Positions 20,723 through 30,395 of a stretch of 64,000 bases of DNA are shown in pieces. The stretch comes from Candidatus Multivoradales bacterium (GTDB lineage: Bacteria; Acidobacteriota; Thermoanaerobaculia; Multivoradales; Multivoraceae): the NCBI GenBank assembly GCA_965223325.1, contig CBDCWI010000002.1, forward strand, positions 2,336,001 to 2,400,000, given 5' to 3'. Position 1 is the first letter of the stretch. Every line of letters begins with the position of its first letter. The notes beneath the pieces are model-generated. The model worked only from the letters and a program-made list of their open reading frames with translations. It was not told the origin of the DNA and ran no database searches. The translations under genes were made by a program, and so were the position numbers.

Positions 20723-23134
20723 CTACTTGGGAACGAACTTCCTGGACTGATCTAGGAGCTTGCTGGCATCAGCAAGTTCTCTGGTTAGGGCTTCACGCTC
20801 CGCTCGTGGAAGATCGACTCCGCTCAGCTTGGTGTTGATCGCGGAGATTCGGTTCTGAAGCCCCCGCTGGGCGTTGCGAACCTTCTGGACGTGATCGAAC
20901 GGCGTCCCGTCTGGCTTCACGGAGACGACTTCGCCCGCTAGCTCTCTTCGAGCTGCGTCAAGGGTCTCTGGAGTTAGATGCTCTTTGAACCTATCAGTCT
21001 TTCGAACTGCGGTCCCGACGACCCGATTCCCGTCGAGTGCCTTGTCCGCAGCCTGAAGACCGTCGATGAACCGACCGCCAACCGACGGCACGAACGGTAG
21101 CGCCGCTCCGGCGACATCGAGTACGGCCCCGAGGATGTTGCCGAACGATGGATCGTTCCGTGCCTGGTTGATCGAGATCCCCGCCATCGCGACGTCAAAG
21201 ACGATCTCGGCGGCCTCTCCGTCGGGATCGACGTTGATGATCGGATTGTTCCGAACGTAGGCATAGCGGTTCCACGACTGCGGGAGCATCGGGTCGTAGC
21301 TCTCGCCGCTCGGGTCGGTGGAGGTGAATCGCGAGTACGTGGGGTAGTAGTAGCGAGCATGCATGTAGTCGAGGTCATCCTCAGCCGAGCCGGTGTGGTT
21401 GAAGTCACGCTCGTGGCCGGTGAATTTCCACTGCAGGCCGTCCTGGTCTGACGTCGTCGCTTCGCGTCCGTAGGGGTAGTAGACGTCGTAGGCGACTTCG
21501 TTTCCGCCTGCATCAGTGGTCTGGCGCACGGTGCCGAGATGGTCGGTGTGGAGGTAACGGCGGCCTTCTGAGGTTTCGGCAGCCAGGACCCTGCCGAGGC
21601 CGCGGATGGTGTCTTCGTAGGTGAAGACGCCGTTGTCGGTGGTGTACTCGCGTAGCACCTGGCCGCCCAGGTCGCGGATCGCCCACTGGCTGCGTGCGGC
21701 CAGGTCGTACTCCCAGATGCGCTCGCCCGAAGCGTCGTAGATGTAGACCGCTGAGGTCTGTTGGCTCGGTGGCGAGGTCGACCCGTCGTCTTGCACGCAC
21801 GGGTTGTCGGGGAAGACCGAGCTGGCGCAGAGGACCTCGCCGAAGGCGCCGTAGCGGAAGATGCGACCGTCGGCCTCGACGAGGCTTCCGTCCTGCTGGT
21901 AACTGGTGCCGGCGACGGTCAGTCGGTTGGTGTGTTGACTGGTTGGGGTCGCACGGCCTCCGCCACCTGCCGTCCTCTGGAGGTTGCCGAAGACGTCGTA
22001 GGTAAACACCTGGCGGCGCTCGATGCCGGCGCCGTTGCGGGCGAGGTGCACTCCCGCCTCGGCGAGGCGGTTGACGGCGTCGTAGCGGTACCAGGAACCG
22101 CCGATCGAGAGGATGTTGCCTGAGCCGTCGTAGGTGTAGGTGCCGGTGGACCAGTTGCGGTTGCTCCCTACACCGCTTGTCGAGATGCGCCGAGGGCGTC
22201 TCTTGCTGTAGGGGTCGAGGGTGTGGGTCTCGGTGACGCCGTTTCTAAACGCGATGCTTACGAGGGCCTGGTTCCGGTGGTAGCCGACGGAGTCGAGGTA
22301 GCCGGGCACCTTCCGCAGGAAGCCGCGGCCGTACTCGAAGCTCACGCTCCGTGACGGAGCGGGATCGTTGGTGCAGGGTGTCGCGTAGCCCCCTCCTTCA
22401 CACTTCGGGTAGTGGATTCTGGTGGTCGCTCCCAGGTCGTCGTACTCGAAGCCCTGGCTGAAGGCGTTCGACAGGTTGCCGTTGACGTAGACCCCGGTTC
22501 TTCGAGACGACGCGAGGCCGCCCCTGCCCCTGTACTCGAGCTCCTGCTCGACGCGCACGACGTGGTCTTCGCGGTCGGGCCGGTAGAGCGTCAGGTGGTT
22601 GTGGCGGACCAGGCGGGTGACTTTGCCGCCGCTGCGGTTGCTTCCCGAAGAGGCGTTCGACCACTGCCACTCTTTGAGTGGCAGGAAGGCAGCCTCCTCG
22701 TTCTGGCAGTCACCCGCGAAGCTGAAGTCGATGCGCACCGCCCGGCCCGCCCCGTCATAGCGGTGGCAGAGCTTGCGCCAGGCGTCGCGCACGAAGCCGA
22801 CGTTGCCGAGGGCGTCGTAGTCCGAGTACTGGATCTCTTTGGGTGCATGGCCCGCCGTGCGCTCGGGATGGTCTTCTCCGACCAGGAAGCCACGCAGGTC
22901 GTAGGAGAAGGTGCGCTTCTGGCTCACTCCGCCGTGGCTGGTGGTTACGGTGCGCAACCGATCGGCATGGTCGTAGCCGTAGGTTGTGTGGACGCGCGCC
23001 TTCGCGGCACCGGCTGAGTGCTCCTCCACCTTGTAGAGGCGACCGAACGCGTCGTAATGGAGGCGCTTGGGGATGCTTTCGAGCGTGACGTCGCTGCCGC
23101 TTCCTCCCCGGCGCACCACGGGCTGGCTGAACAC
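20723..23134 (-). CDS. Orphan (5'-truncated) Rhs with C-terminal Ntox28-like putative tRNase
   Basis: Core duplicates the main Rhs; PQSWNRYAYVRNNP..VDPDG; tip KEHL...AARREL.G......DG..FDH...V. Start is arbitrary, so it may not be translated. Confidence 0.8.
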   Translation of the reverse strand: MFSQPVVRRGGSGSDVTLESIPKRLHYDAFGRLYKVEEHSAGAAKARVHTTYGYDHADRLRTVTTSHGGVSQKRTFSYDLRGFLVGEDHPERTAGHAPKEIQYSDYDALGNVGFVRDAWRKLCHRYDGAGRAVRIDFSFAGDCQNEEAAFLPLKEWQWSNASSGSNRSGGKVTRLVRHNHLTLYRPDREDHVVRVEQELEYRGRGGLASSRRTGVYVNGNLSNAFSQGFEYDDLGATTRIHYPKCEGGGYATPCTNDPAPSRSVSFEYGRGFLRKVPGYLDSVGYHRNQALVSIAFRNGVTETHTLDPYSKRRPRRISTSGVGSNRNWSTGTYTYDGSGNILSIGGSWYRYDAVNRLAEAGVHLARNGAGIERRQVFTYDVFGNLQRTAGGGGRATPTSQHTNRLTVAGTSYQQDGSLVEADGRIFRYGAFGEVLCASSVFPDNPCVQDDGSTSPPSQQTSAVYIYDASGERIWEYDLAARSQWAIRDLGGQVLREYTTDNGVFTYEDTIRGLGRVLAAETSEGRRYLHTDHLGTVRQTTDAGGNEVAYDVYYPYGREATTSDQDGLQWKFTGHERDFNHTGSAEDDLDYMHARYYYPTYSRFTSTDPSGESYDPMLPQSWNRYAYVRNNPIINVDPDGEAAEIVFDVAMAGISINQARNDPSFGNILGAVLDVAGAALPFVPSVGGRFIDGLQAADKALDGNRVVGTAVRKTDRFKEHLTPETLDAARRELAGEVVSVKPDGTPFDHVQKVRNAQRGLQNRISAINTKLSGVDLPRAEREALTRELADASKLLDQSRKFVPK
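21347..23107. repeat. ~1.76-kb direct repeat of Rhs core (partner 24766-26526)
   Basis: Near-identical DNA and protein (GGSGSDVTLESIPKRL...DYMHARYY) at an offset of about 3419 bp. Confidence 0.9.
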
Positions 23135-23174
23135 CAGGTACGCGCGCCCGCCCGAGGCCGCATGCTCCTGGTGT

Positions 23175-23534
23175 CTACCCTTCTCTGAGATCTTCCAACA
23201 AGCATCCGAGCTCGTCGTCGCCGGTCAGTTCGACTGCACTCTCCAGCGCCTTCATCGCCTCGGTCTCCCTACCGAGAGACCAAAGCGAGTGGAAGAGTGC
23301 GCCGTGCGCCAGCAGCGAACTTGGATTCAGCGTCAGAGTCTCATCAAGTATTGGCACTGCTTCTGCTGGCCGTCCCGCTCGCCATAGTGTCGTGCCCAAG
23401 AGGCCCAGGACGACAGGGTCCTTTCCCGAGGATGATTTCAGGTCGAGAAGAATCTCAATCGCTCTCTCCGGGTCGGTTTCTTTGATTGCAATCGCCTCGG
23501 CGAGGCGATCGCAAACCGTCTTACTCCTCTTCAC
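23175..23534 (-). CDS. TPR-containing putative immunity protein, paralog 2
   Basis: AIAIKETDPERAIEILL...GLLGTTLW...AVP.L...LFHSLW aligns with 23796-24173; GTG overlaps the stop of the cryptic toxin tip. Confidence 0.75.
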   Translation of the reverse strand: MKRSKTVCDRLAEAIAIKETDPERAIEILLDLKSSSGKDPVVLGLLGTTLWRAGRPAEAVPILDETLTLNPSSLLAHGALFHSLWSLGRETEAMKALESAVELTGDDELGCLLEDLREG

Positions 23535-23670
23535 GATTCTCTCCTGGGTCGTCGAACTCCCGAATCGCATCGGCTGTGAGTCGATTCGGCTTGCTTACGT
23601 GGTCGAAGCAATCCTGTGACTTTGTTGGGCTGTCGATGATCACGCCCGTCGTCCTGCCCTGTCGAAGATC
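23521..23670 (-). pseudogene. Cryptic 49-codon toxin-tip remnant paralogous to the main Rhs C-terminus
   Basis: DLRQGRTTGVIIDSPTKS...EEE* versus the main Rhs DLRRGKTDGVIIDSIEKS...EDE*; not in the ORF track. Confidence 0.75.
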
Positions 23671-23712
23671 GCACGGCGATGCCGCGCACGGTAGGGGGTA
23701 GGTTCTGACGGC
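23667..23712. repeat. Solo copy of the Y1-element end motif
   Basis: gatcgcacggcgatgccgcgcacggtagggggtaggttctgacggc, nearly identical to 18594-18635. Confidence 0.85.
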
Positions 23713-23795
23713 GGGGGCAGGTTTTCACAGCGTCGCCGGGCCCCGACTGTGCGCAGCATCCTCCTACCCACCTCCGCGGGGCCGTAAGGATTACT

Positions 23796-24173
23796 TCAGC
23801 CCGAGAGGTTCTCCGAGGCTCCTTCAATGGAAACGAGGAGATCGGCGAACTCGCTAGAGCCGGTTCGACGCACCGCGTCCCGAAGAGCTGCAACTGCGTC
23901 TGCCTTTCTGCCCTGATCCCACAGTGCGTGGAACAGAACCCTGTGCGCGTTCTCCGAGTTCGGCGAGCTCTGCAAACAACTCCGAAGGTGCGGTACCGCT
24001 TCTCGAGGCCGCTTTCTGGACCACAACAGGCTCCCAAGAAGCCCAGCGATCACGGGATTGCCGCCGAACTCCTGCCGTACTGGCAAGAGAAGGTCAATCG
24101 CGGCGTCCGGATCGTCCGTCTTGAGCTCGATCGCGGCTTCCAGAACCTCGCGTTCTCGTTTACTCATCTTCAT
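23796..24173 (-). CDS. TPR-containing putative immunity protein, cognate to the main Rhs
   Basis: Overlaps the Rhs stop; MKMSKREREVLEAAIELKTDDPDAAIDLLL...AHRVLFHALWDQGRKADA TPR-like pattern. Confidence 0.78.
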   Translation of the reverse strand: MKMSKREREVLEAAIELKTDDPDAAIDLLLPVRQEFGGNPVIAGLLGSLLWSRKRPREAVPHLRSCLQSSPNSENAHRVLFHALWDQGRKADAVAALRDAVRRTGSSEFADLLVSIEGASENLSG

Positions 24174-27100
24174 CGCGAAGACCCCAATCTTCCAGGGCGT
24201 CGTCGAGAGTTCGGATCCTGTCGAGCGCGTTTTGAGCTCGCCGCTCCGATTTCTCGATACTGTCGATGATAACGCCATCTGTCTTCCCTCGCCGGAGATC
24301 CGACTGCTTCTTCTCGATGCTGTCGAGCTGATCCAGGGCGTCGCTACCTGTTTCGATGGTGCGGCTGTCCCTGCCGGTTTCCGAGGACTGACCTTCATCG
24401 TCGACATCTGTCGCGTCTTCGTCTGAACGGGAACTCCGAAAGATGTTCGCTATCGCATCCCGAGCTGCTCGTCCAAGGTCGATCAGAGCTTCAGCACCCT
24501 CACGCAGATCCTCTTGCACGACTTCCAGGTTTGTCATCTCAGGCTGTACCGGGTTGGGGCTGGATGCCCAAACGGCTACTGCTCCTGCAGCCGCAGCGGT
24601 AGCGCTGACCACAACAACAGTGCTCGAGACCGGCTCTCGCCCGTCAGGGTCGACCTTCGTCAGGGGGCTCGCAGTTGCGTACGTATATTTGTTCCAGGTC
24701 TGCGGAAACCCGGGCTTCCCCGAGTTGATCGGATCAGTTGTTGTAAACCGGCCCAGCCCCGGCGAGTAGTAGCGAGCATGCATGTAGTCGAGGTCATCCT
24801 CAGCCGAGCCGGTGTGGTTGAAGTCACGCTCGTGGCCGGTGAATTTCCACTGCAGGCCGTCCTGCTCTGACGTCGTCGCTTCGCGTCCGTAGGGGTAGTA
24901 GACGTCGTAGGCGACTTCGTTGCCTTCTCTATCGGTGGTCTGGCGCACGGTGCCGAGGTGGTCCGTGTGGAGGTAGCGGCGGCCTTCACTCGTTTCGGCT
25001 GCCAGGACCCTGCCGAGGCCACGGATGGTGTCTTCGTAGGTGAAGACGCCGTTGTCGGTGGTGTACTCGCGTAGCACCTGGCCGCCCAGGTCGCGGATCG
25101 CCCACTGGCTGCGCGCTGCCAGGTCGTACTCCCAGATGCGCTCGTCCGAAGCGTCGTAGATGTAGACCGCTGAGCTTTGTTGACTCGGTGGCGACGTCGA
25201 CCCGTCGTCTTGAACGCACGGGTTGTCAGGGAAGACCGAGCTGGCGCAGAGGACCTCGCCGAAGGCACCGTAGCGGAAGATGCGGCCGTCGGCCTCGATG
25301 AGGCTCCCATCTTGCTGGTACCGGGTGCCGGCGACGGTCAGGCGGTTGGTGTGTTGACTGGTCGGGGTCGCACGGCCTCCGCCACCTGCCGTCCTCTGGA
25401 GGTTGCCGAAAACGTCGTAGGTAAACACCTGCCGGCGTTCGCTGCCGGCGCCGCCGCGGGCGAGGTGGACTCCCGCCTCGGCGAGGCGGTGGACGGCGTC
25501 GTAGCGGTACCAGGAGCCGCCGATCGAGAGGACGTTGCCTGAGCCGTCGTAGGTGTAGGTGCCGGTGGACCAGTTGCGGTTGCTCCCAACACCGCTTGTC
25601 GAGATGCGCCGAGGGCGTCTCTTGCTGTAGGGGTCGAGGGTGTGGGTCTCGGTGACACCGTTTCTAAACACGATGCTTGCGAGGGCCTGGTTCCGGTGGT
25701 AGCCGACTGAGTTGATGTAGCCCGGGACTTTGCGCAGGAAGCCGCGGCCGTACTCGAAGCTCACGCTTCGTGACGGGGCGGGATCGTTGGTGCAGGGTGT
25801 CGCGTAGCCCCCTCCTTCACACCGCGGGTAGTGGATTCTGATGGTCGCTCCCAGGTCGTCGTACTCGAAGCCCTGGCTGAAGGCGTTCGACAGGTTGTCG
25901 TTGACGTAGATCCCGGTTCTTCGAGACGACGCGAGGCCGCCCCTGCCCCAGTACTCGAGCTCCTGCTCGACGCGCACGACGTGGTCTTCGCGGTCGGGCC
26001 GGTAGAGCGTCAGGTGGTTGTGGCGGACCAGGCGCGTGACTTTGCCGCCGCTTCGGTTGCTTCCCGAAGAGGCGTTCGACCACTGCCACTCCTTGAGCGG
26101 CAGGAAGCCGCCCTCCTCGTTCTGGCAGTCACCCGCGAAGCTGAAGTCGATGCGCACCGGCCGGCCCGCCCCGTCATAACGGTGGCAGAGCTGGCGCCAG
26201 GCGTTGCGCACGAAGCCGACGTTTCCGAGCGCGTCGTAGTCCGCGTACCGGGTCTCTTTGGGTGCATGGCCCGCCGTGCGCTCGGGACGATCCTCGGAAA
26301 CCAGAAAGCCGCGCAGGTCGTAGGAGAAGGTGCGCTTCTGGGTCACTCCGCCATGGCTGGTGCGCACCGTGCGCAGTCGATCGGCATGGTCGTAGGTGTA
26401 GGCCGTTTGCACACGACTCTTCGCGGCACCGGCTGAGTGTTCCTCCACCTTGGAGAGACGACCGAACGCGTCGTAGTGGAGGCGCTTGGGGATGCTTTCG
26501 AGCGTGACGTCGCTGCCGCTTCCTCCCGCGCCGACTTCGGACCATTCGGTGGTCAGCCGGATCCCGCGATAGACGAACCGTTTCTGGTGCACCTTCCCCT
26601 CAGGGGGACGAATCACCCGTGCGCGCCCGAACGGGTCGTAGGAGAGAAACTGGGTGCGTTTCGAGGTGTCGCCCCACTCGGAGACGAACCGGCGGTTGCC
26701 GCTCGGGTCGTAGCCGATGATCCGGTTGCTCCAGATGCCGCCCGGGAGCAACCGGCTCTCGAGGTTCAAGCGGCCCAGATTGTCAAAGCGCACCCGCTCC
26801 CGGGCGAGATCTCCACCGGTGCGCTTCCCGTTGGGGCGGTAGTGGGTATAGACCCAGCCACCGTCGTTTCCCTCGGGCCTCGTGTAGCGATACTCGAGCC
26901 AGGTCGTCTGGTCGGGTTCGAGACGACGGATGCGCCCCAGGCGATCGAAGCTGTAGTCGATACCGAGACCCGATCCATCGGTCGAGCGGCTCAGATACCC
27001 GGTACTCGGATCGACCGTTCCCGAGAGCTCGACCGGGTAGCCCACAAAACCCGCACGGCTGAGCGTGCCGTAGCGATAGCGCGCCTCGCGCACGTAGGCA

Positions 27101-29922
27101 GGAGCAGCGGCGTCGGCCGAGTGGAGGTCGCCACCGTAGATCCGCTCCGTGATGCGGCGCTCAGCAGCACCGAAGGCCTGGCGCGACCAGCGGGTGCGCA
27201 CATCGCCGGGGCTCGTTCCCGAAGCCTGCTCACGAACGCGCTTGTGGGAAAGAAAACCCGTTCTCGGATCGAAGCCGTAGTCGGTGCGTGCCTTGACACC
27301 ACCTTCCTCGATGGTCTTGTACGTGTAGGTCCCGAGAAGAAACGGCTGACCCGGATCGCCCTTGGGCCAGGGGCTCCAGGGAGAGAGCCCACAGGCACCA
27401 CCGGGGAGAGCCACTCCATCGTTGTCGACCCGCAGGACGCCGCGCGACGGGTGATGTTCGGTGCGGGCGATCTTGAAAAGACTCCCGGGAAGATTCCCGC
27501 CCGTCACCTGGCGACGGTAGTTCCCGTAGCCGTCAAAGCAGGTCTTCTCTTCGTAGGTGAAGCGGTTCCCGTCGTCGAGGTAGCGCGTGTGACTCGAGCG
27601 CTCCCGACGGTTGCCGCACGAGCTCAGCGGCTCGCACGACTCCTTGTTCCACTCCCAGCGGCTAAAGACCTGACGCACCACCGGGCAGTTGCCCTTCCCA
27701 TCGCAGTCGAGGATCTCGCGCGACAGGTAGCGTTTCTCGGTGGAGTTGGGGAGCGTGTCGCTCACGTGGCGTGAGAAGGGAAGCCCCTGCTCTTCGCTGC
27801 GGTAGCCGTCCCGCGACTGGATCCCCCTGCTCCCCGCCATCCAGCCCGAGAAGTAGTGCCGCTCCTTGTCGCCGAGCGGAGTGGTGACCGTGGTCGTCGT
27901 GTACTGCTCTTTTGTCTGGTCGCTGGGGTTGGAAGGAGAGCAGACGCTCTCCACCGAGGAGTGGGTTGCGTTCTCGTAGCGCCAGCGGCCGAGATCGGCT
28001 CCCGAATGAGCCCGGCGTTCTCTCGTTGCAACCCCCGGGGTCGTTGGCGGGGTGACATTCGGGGTTCCCGGGGGCGTGTCCTCACAGGAGACGATGACCG
28101 GGATCTTCCACTCCCGCCAGGTGTAGACCAGCTTCCCGAGGGTCGGAAGGGTGAGACTCGAGAGCATGCCACCAGTCGTTGCGTTCCCCGCCGGGCCGCC
28201 GGGGCCACCCCAGTAGCGCAGGGTGTAGGGCCGGGTCGTACCAGCCTCGGGAGAGGTCAAAGAACGCAGAAGCGGCACCGCGACGTGCCCGCCGCGGTAG
28301 TCGTTGATGGGCCGTGGAATCGAGGCCGCTCCCGGTTCGTAGCCGAAGACCCAGGTGGCTCGCTCGCCCCCGAATGCCGCCAGGTCAACCGTCTGTGGCA
28401 GATGACGAGTCACACCGTCCCAGGTGCGAGGAGCCCAGGTCGCCGTGTGCTCGCGGCCGACCGTGTCGGTGATCTTCGACCACTGGCGACCGCTCCCGTT
28501 GTAGTGCACGGTGAGCGCATTGCCGAAGCGGTCTTCGATGCGGGTCAGCCGATAGAGCGGCCGCGTGCTGCCGGCGACACTGAAGGCGGTGAAGGTGTGG
28601 AGCTCACCGCTCCCGAAGTGGATGCGCCGGGTGTTGTCGCCAATGAGCTCGAGGCGCAGGTAGCTTCCGTCCCTGGTTTCGTACCAATCACCGCCGATTC
28701 CGTAGAAGGAGTGGTCGGCGCCATCGGGACCGCTGTAGACCCAGAGAGGACCGGGGTTCCAGTGACCGCCCTCGTTCGGGGCGAAGAGCTCGCCCAGGGA
28801 GAAGCGCCAGCCGATCCCGGCGTTGAAGCGCGTCGACGCCGAGGCCTCGGCCCCGGCCGAGTTGCTCTCCCAGTCCCAGAGGCGGGAGTTATAGACCAGG
28901 CTGAAGCCGTACGAGAAGCCATCGCCCACCGGGTAGGTGATCCCGATCGGGATGGTGAGCGACAGGTTGCCGTTGAACAGGTTCACCTGGTCGAGGTCAT
29001 TCCACTCGTACAGCTGGTCGGCATCGAAGCCGCGCTCGAAGTTGGGGAGCTTGCCGCCCGTCTCGGTGTTTCGACCCTGAGCACGCGCTCTGGATGCGGC
29101 CTCGGTCGTCAAGTGAACGGAGCGTTCGAAGGCCTCTGCTGTTTCGGTGCTGTCGAGGGCACCGCCTCCAGCCAGCAGGACGGCGTTCAAACGCACCACG
29201 AAGAAGTCGAGCGCACGCGGGGCGAGACCCACCACCACGTCTCCTTCTTCGAGAGCCTCGGGCGGCGCTGTGCTCGAACCCCGGCCCACGAAGTCGGCCA
29301 GCTCGACGAGCGCTTCCCCGTTCTCTTCTTCGTCGCGGTCTGTTTCCTGCCCGTCGACCGCTTCGTGGGCCCAGACACCCCCGCCCGAGGAAGTGGAGTT
29401 CTCGGGCCGCACGACCCAGAACTGCATGCGCCCAGAGCGCGCGTGCAGCACATCCGCCAGGCCGTCGCTGGTGAAACCCGAAGAGCGCACCAGCTCCCGC
29501 GGAGACGGTATGGCGCGCGGCTTGGCACCGCCCAGCCCCGAGCCGATCGCAGCACCGGTCGACAGGTCGACGGCCATCCACACCGACTCTGGTGCCACGA
29601 TGTCGCCGTTCTCCGGCACAAAGCGCACGACACCGTCGCCGTCGCTGTCATCGAGAAGCTCTTCGGTTGTCGCGGTCTGCCAGAGCGAACCGTTGAAGAA
29701 CCGGCTATGGCCCACCAACAGAATGCGCTCGCCGGCCGCGACGCCCCGGACGACGACCGCATCGTCTTCGGCGTAGAGCGAAAGGCCGTCGTTCGTGGCG
29801 GCGATGGCGGGGCTCGGCAGGAGCCCGAGAAGCGCAAGCGCTGCTAGGGCGACCAGCCCTGTGAGCCGGCAAGGGCCAGAACTAAACCGAAACAGGGAAA
29901 CAAAGAGCGACGGACGATGCAT
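24160..29922 (-). CDS. Rhs/YD-repeat polymorphic toxin with N-terminal signal peptide (1920 aa)
   Basis: Signal-like LVALAALALLGLLPSPAIA; VNLFNGNL, YD repeats, HTDHLG, FTGHERD, ARYY, DPDG, then a ~160-aa variable tip. Confidence 0.92.
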   Translation of the reverse strand: MHRPSLFVSLFRFSSGPCRLTGLVALAALALLGLLPSPAIAATNDGLSLYAEDDAVVVRGVAAGERILLVGHSRFFNGSLWQTATTEELLDDSDGDGVVRFVPENGDIVAPESVWMAVDLSTGAAIGSGLGGAKPRAIPSPRELVRSSGFTSDGLADVLHARSGRMQFWVVRPENSTSSGGGVWAHEAVDGQETDRDEEENGEALVELADFVGRGSSTAPPEALEEGDVVVGLAPRALDFFVVRLNAVLLAGGGALDSTETAEAFERSVHLTTEAASRARAQGRNTETGGKLPNFERGFDADQLYEWNDLDQVNLFNGNLSLTIPIGITYPVGDGFSYGFSLVYNSRLWDWESNSAGAEASASTRFNAGIGWRFSLGELFAPNEGGHWNPGPLWVYSGPDGADHSFYGIGGDWYETRDGSYLRLELIGDNTRRIHFGSGELHTFTAFSVAGSTRPLYRLTRIEDRFGNALTVHYNGSGRQWSKITDTVGREHTATWAPRTWDGVTRHLPQTVDLAAFGGERATWVFGYEPGAASIPRPINDYRGGHVAVPLLRSLTSPEAGTTRPYTLRYWGGPGGPAGNATTGGMLSSLTLPTLGKLVYTWREWKIPVIVSCEDTPPGTPNVTPPTTPGVATRERRAHSGADLGRWRYENATHSSVESVCSPSNPSDQTKEQYTTTTVTTPLGDKERHYFSGWMAGSRGIQSRDGYRSEEQGLPFSRHVSDTLPNSTEKRYLSREILDCDGKGNCPVVRQVFSRWEWNKESCEPLSSCGNRRERSSHTRYLDDGNRFTYEEKTCFDGYGNYRRQVTGGNLPGSLFKIARTEHHPSRGVLRVDNDGVALPGGACGLSPWSPWPKGDPGQPFLLGTYTYKTIEEGGVKARTDYGFDPRTGFLSHKRVREQASGTSPGDVRTRWSRQAFGAAERRITERIYGGDLHSADAAAPAYVREARYRYGTLSRAGFVGYPVELSGTVDPSTGYLSRSTDGSGLGIDYSFDRLGRIRRLEPDQTTWLEYRYTRPEGNDGGWVYTHYRPNGKRTGGDLARERVRFDNLGRLNLESRLLPGGIWSNRIIGYDPSGNRRFVSEWGDTSKRTQFLSYDPFGRARVIRPPEGKVHQKRFVYRGIRLTTEWSEVGAGGSGSDVTLESIPKRLHYDAFGRLSKVEEHSAGAAKSRVQTAYTYDHADRLRTVRTSHGGVTQKRTFSYDLRGFLVSEDRPERTAGHAPKETRYADYDALGNVGFVRNAWRQLCHRYDGAGRPVRIDFSFAGDCQNEEGGFLPLKEWQWSNASSGSNRSGGKVTRLVRHNHLTLYRPDREDHVVRVEQELEYWGRGGLASSRRTGIYVNDNLSNAFSQGFEYDDLGATIRIHYPRCEGGGYATPCTNDPAPSRSVSFEYGRGFLRKVPGYINSVGYHRNQALASIVFRNGVTETHTLDPYSKRRPRRISTSGVGSNRNWSTGTYTYDGSGNVLSIGGSWYRYDAVHRLAEAGVHLARGGAGSERRQVFTYDVFGNLQRTAGGGGRATPTSQHTNRLTVAGTRYQQDGSLIEADGRIFRYGAFGEVLCASSVFPDNPCVQDDGSTSPPSQQSSAVYIYDASDERIWEYDLAARSQWAIRDLGGQVLREYTTDNGVFTYEDTIRGLGRVLAAETSEGRRYLHTDHLGTVRQTTDREGNEVAYDVYYPYGREATTSEQDGLQWKFTGHERDFNHTGSAEDDLDYMHARYYSPGLGRFTTTDPINSGKPGFPQTWNKYTYATASPLTKVDPDGREPVSSTVVVVSATAAAAGAVAVWASSPNPVQPEMTNLEVVQEDLREGAEALIDLGRAARDAIANIFRSSRSDEDATDVDDEGQSSETGRDSRTIETGSDALDQLDSIEKKQSDLRRGKTDGVIIDSIEKSERRAQNALDRIRTLDDALEDWGLRDEDE

Positions 29923-30395
29923 GGCGACTCCCGAGTCGCTCCCGCAACGCGAAGTCGCGGGAGAGCAGGAGTCGCTCTACTGCTAAGCCGGTTCGATCAA
30001 GGACCCCAGTAGGGCCCTCGTGCCGGAACCGACCGCGGAGCGTTCGTCACGGATGACGAGACGAGCGACTCCCGCCTGGTGGCAAGAGAACTCGCGAGTG
30101 TCCGTACATGAGTTTCAACGAAGACTCCACGCCCAAAAAGCGACCGCGGAGTCCAAACAAACAATAGAAGAGAGTCCGACAATACAACTTGAATGTTGAA
30201 TCGTCAACTGGCCCAGCGAACTTCACCCCCATCGGGGCCCACTGCGCCCGGCTCTGTAACGCCCAGACCCCGTTTCCGGAAAGCACTCATCAAGCGCACT
30301 ACAGCGCCCTCGTGAGTGAAGAAGCTCATGGGTCTCAACGCCGGGAGGTCCCCGCCTCCCGGCATTTCTGGTTGCCTTCGCTCCGGCGAACGCTC

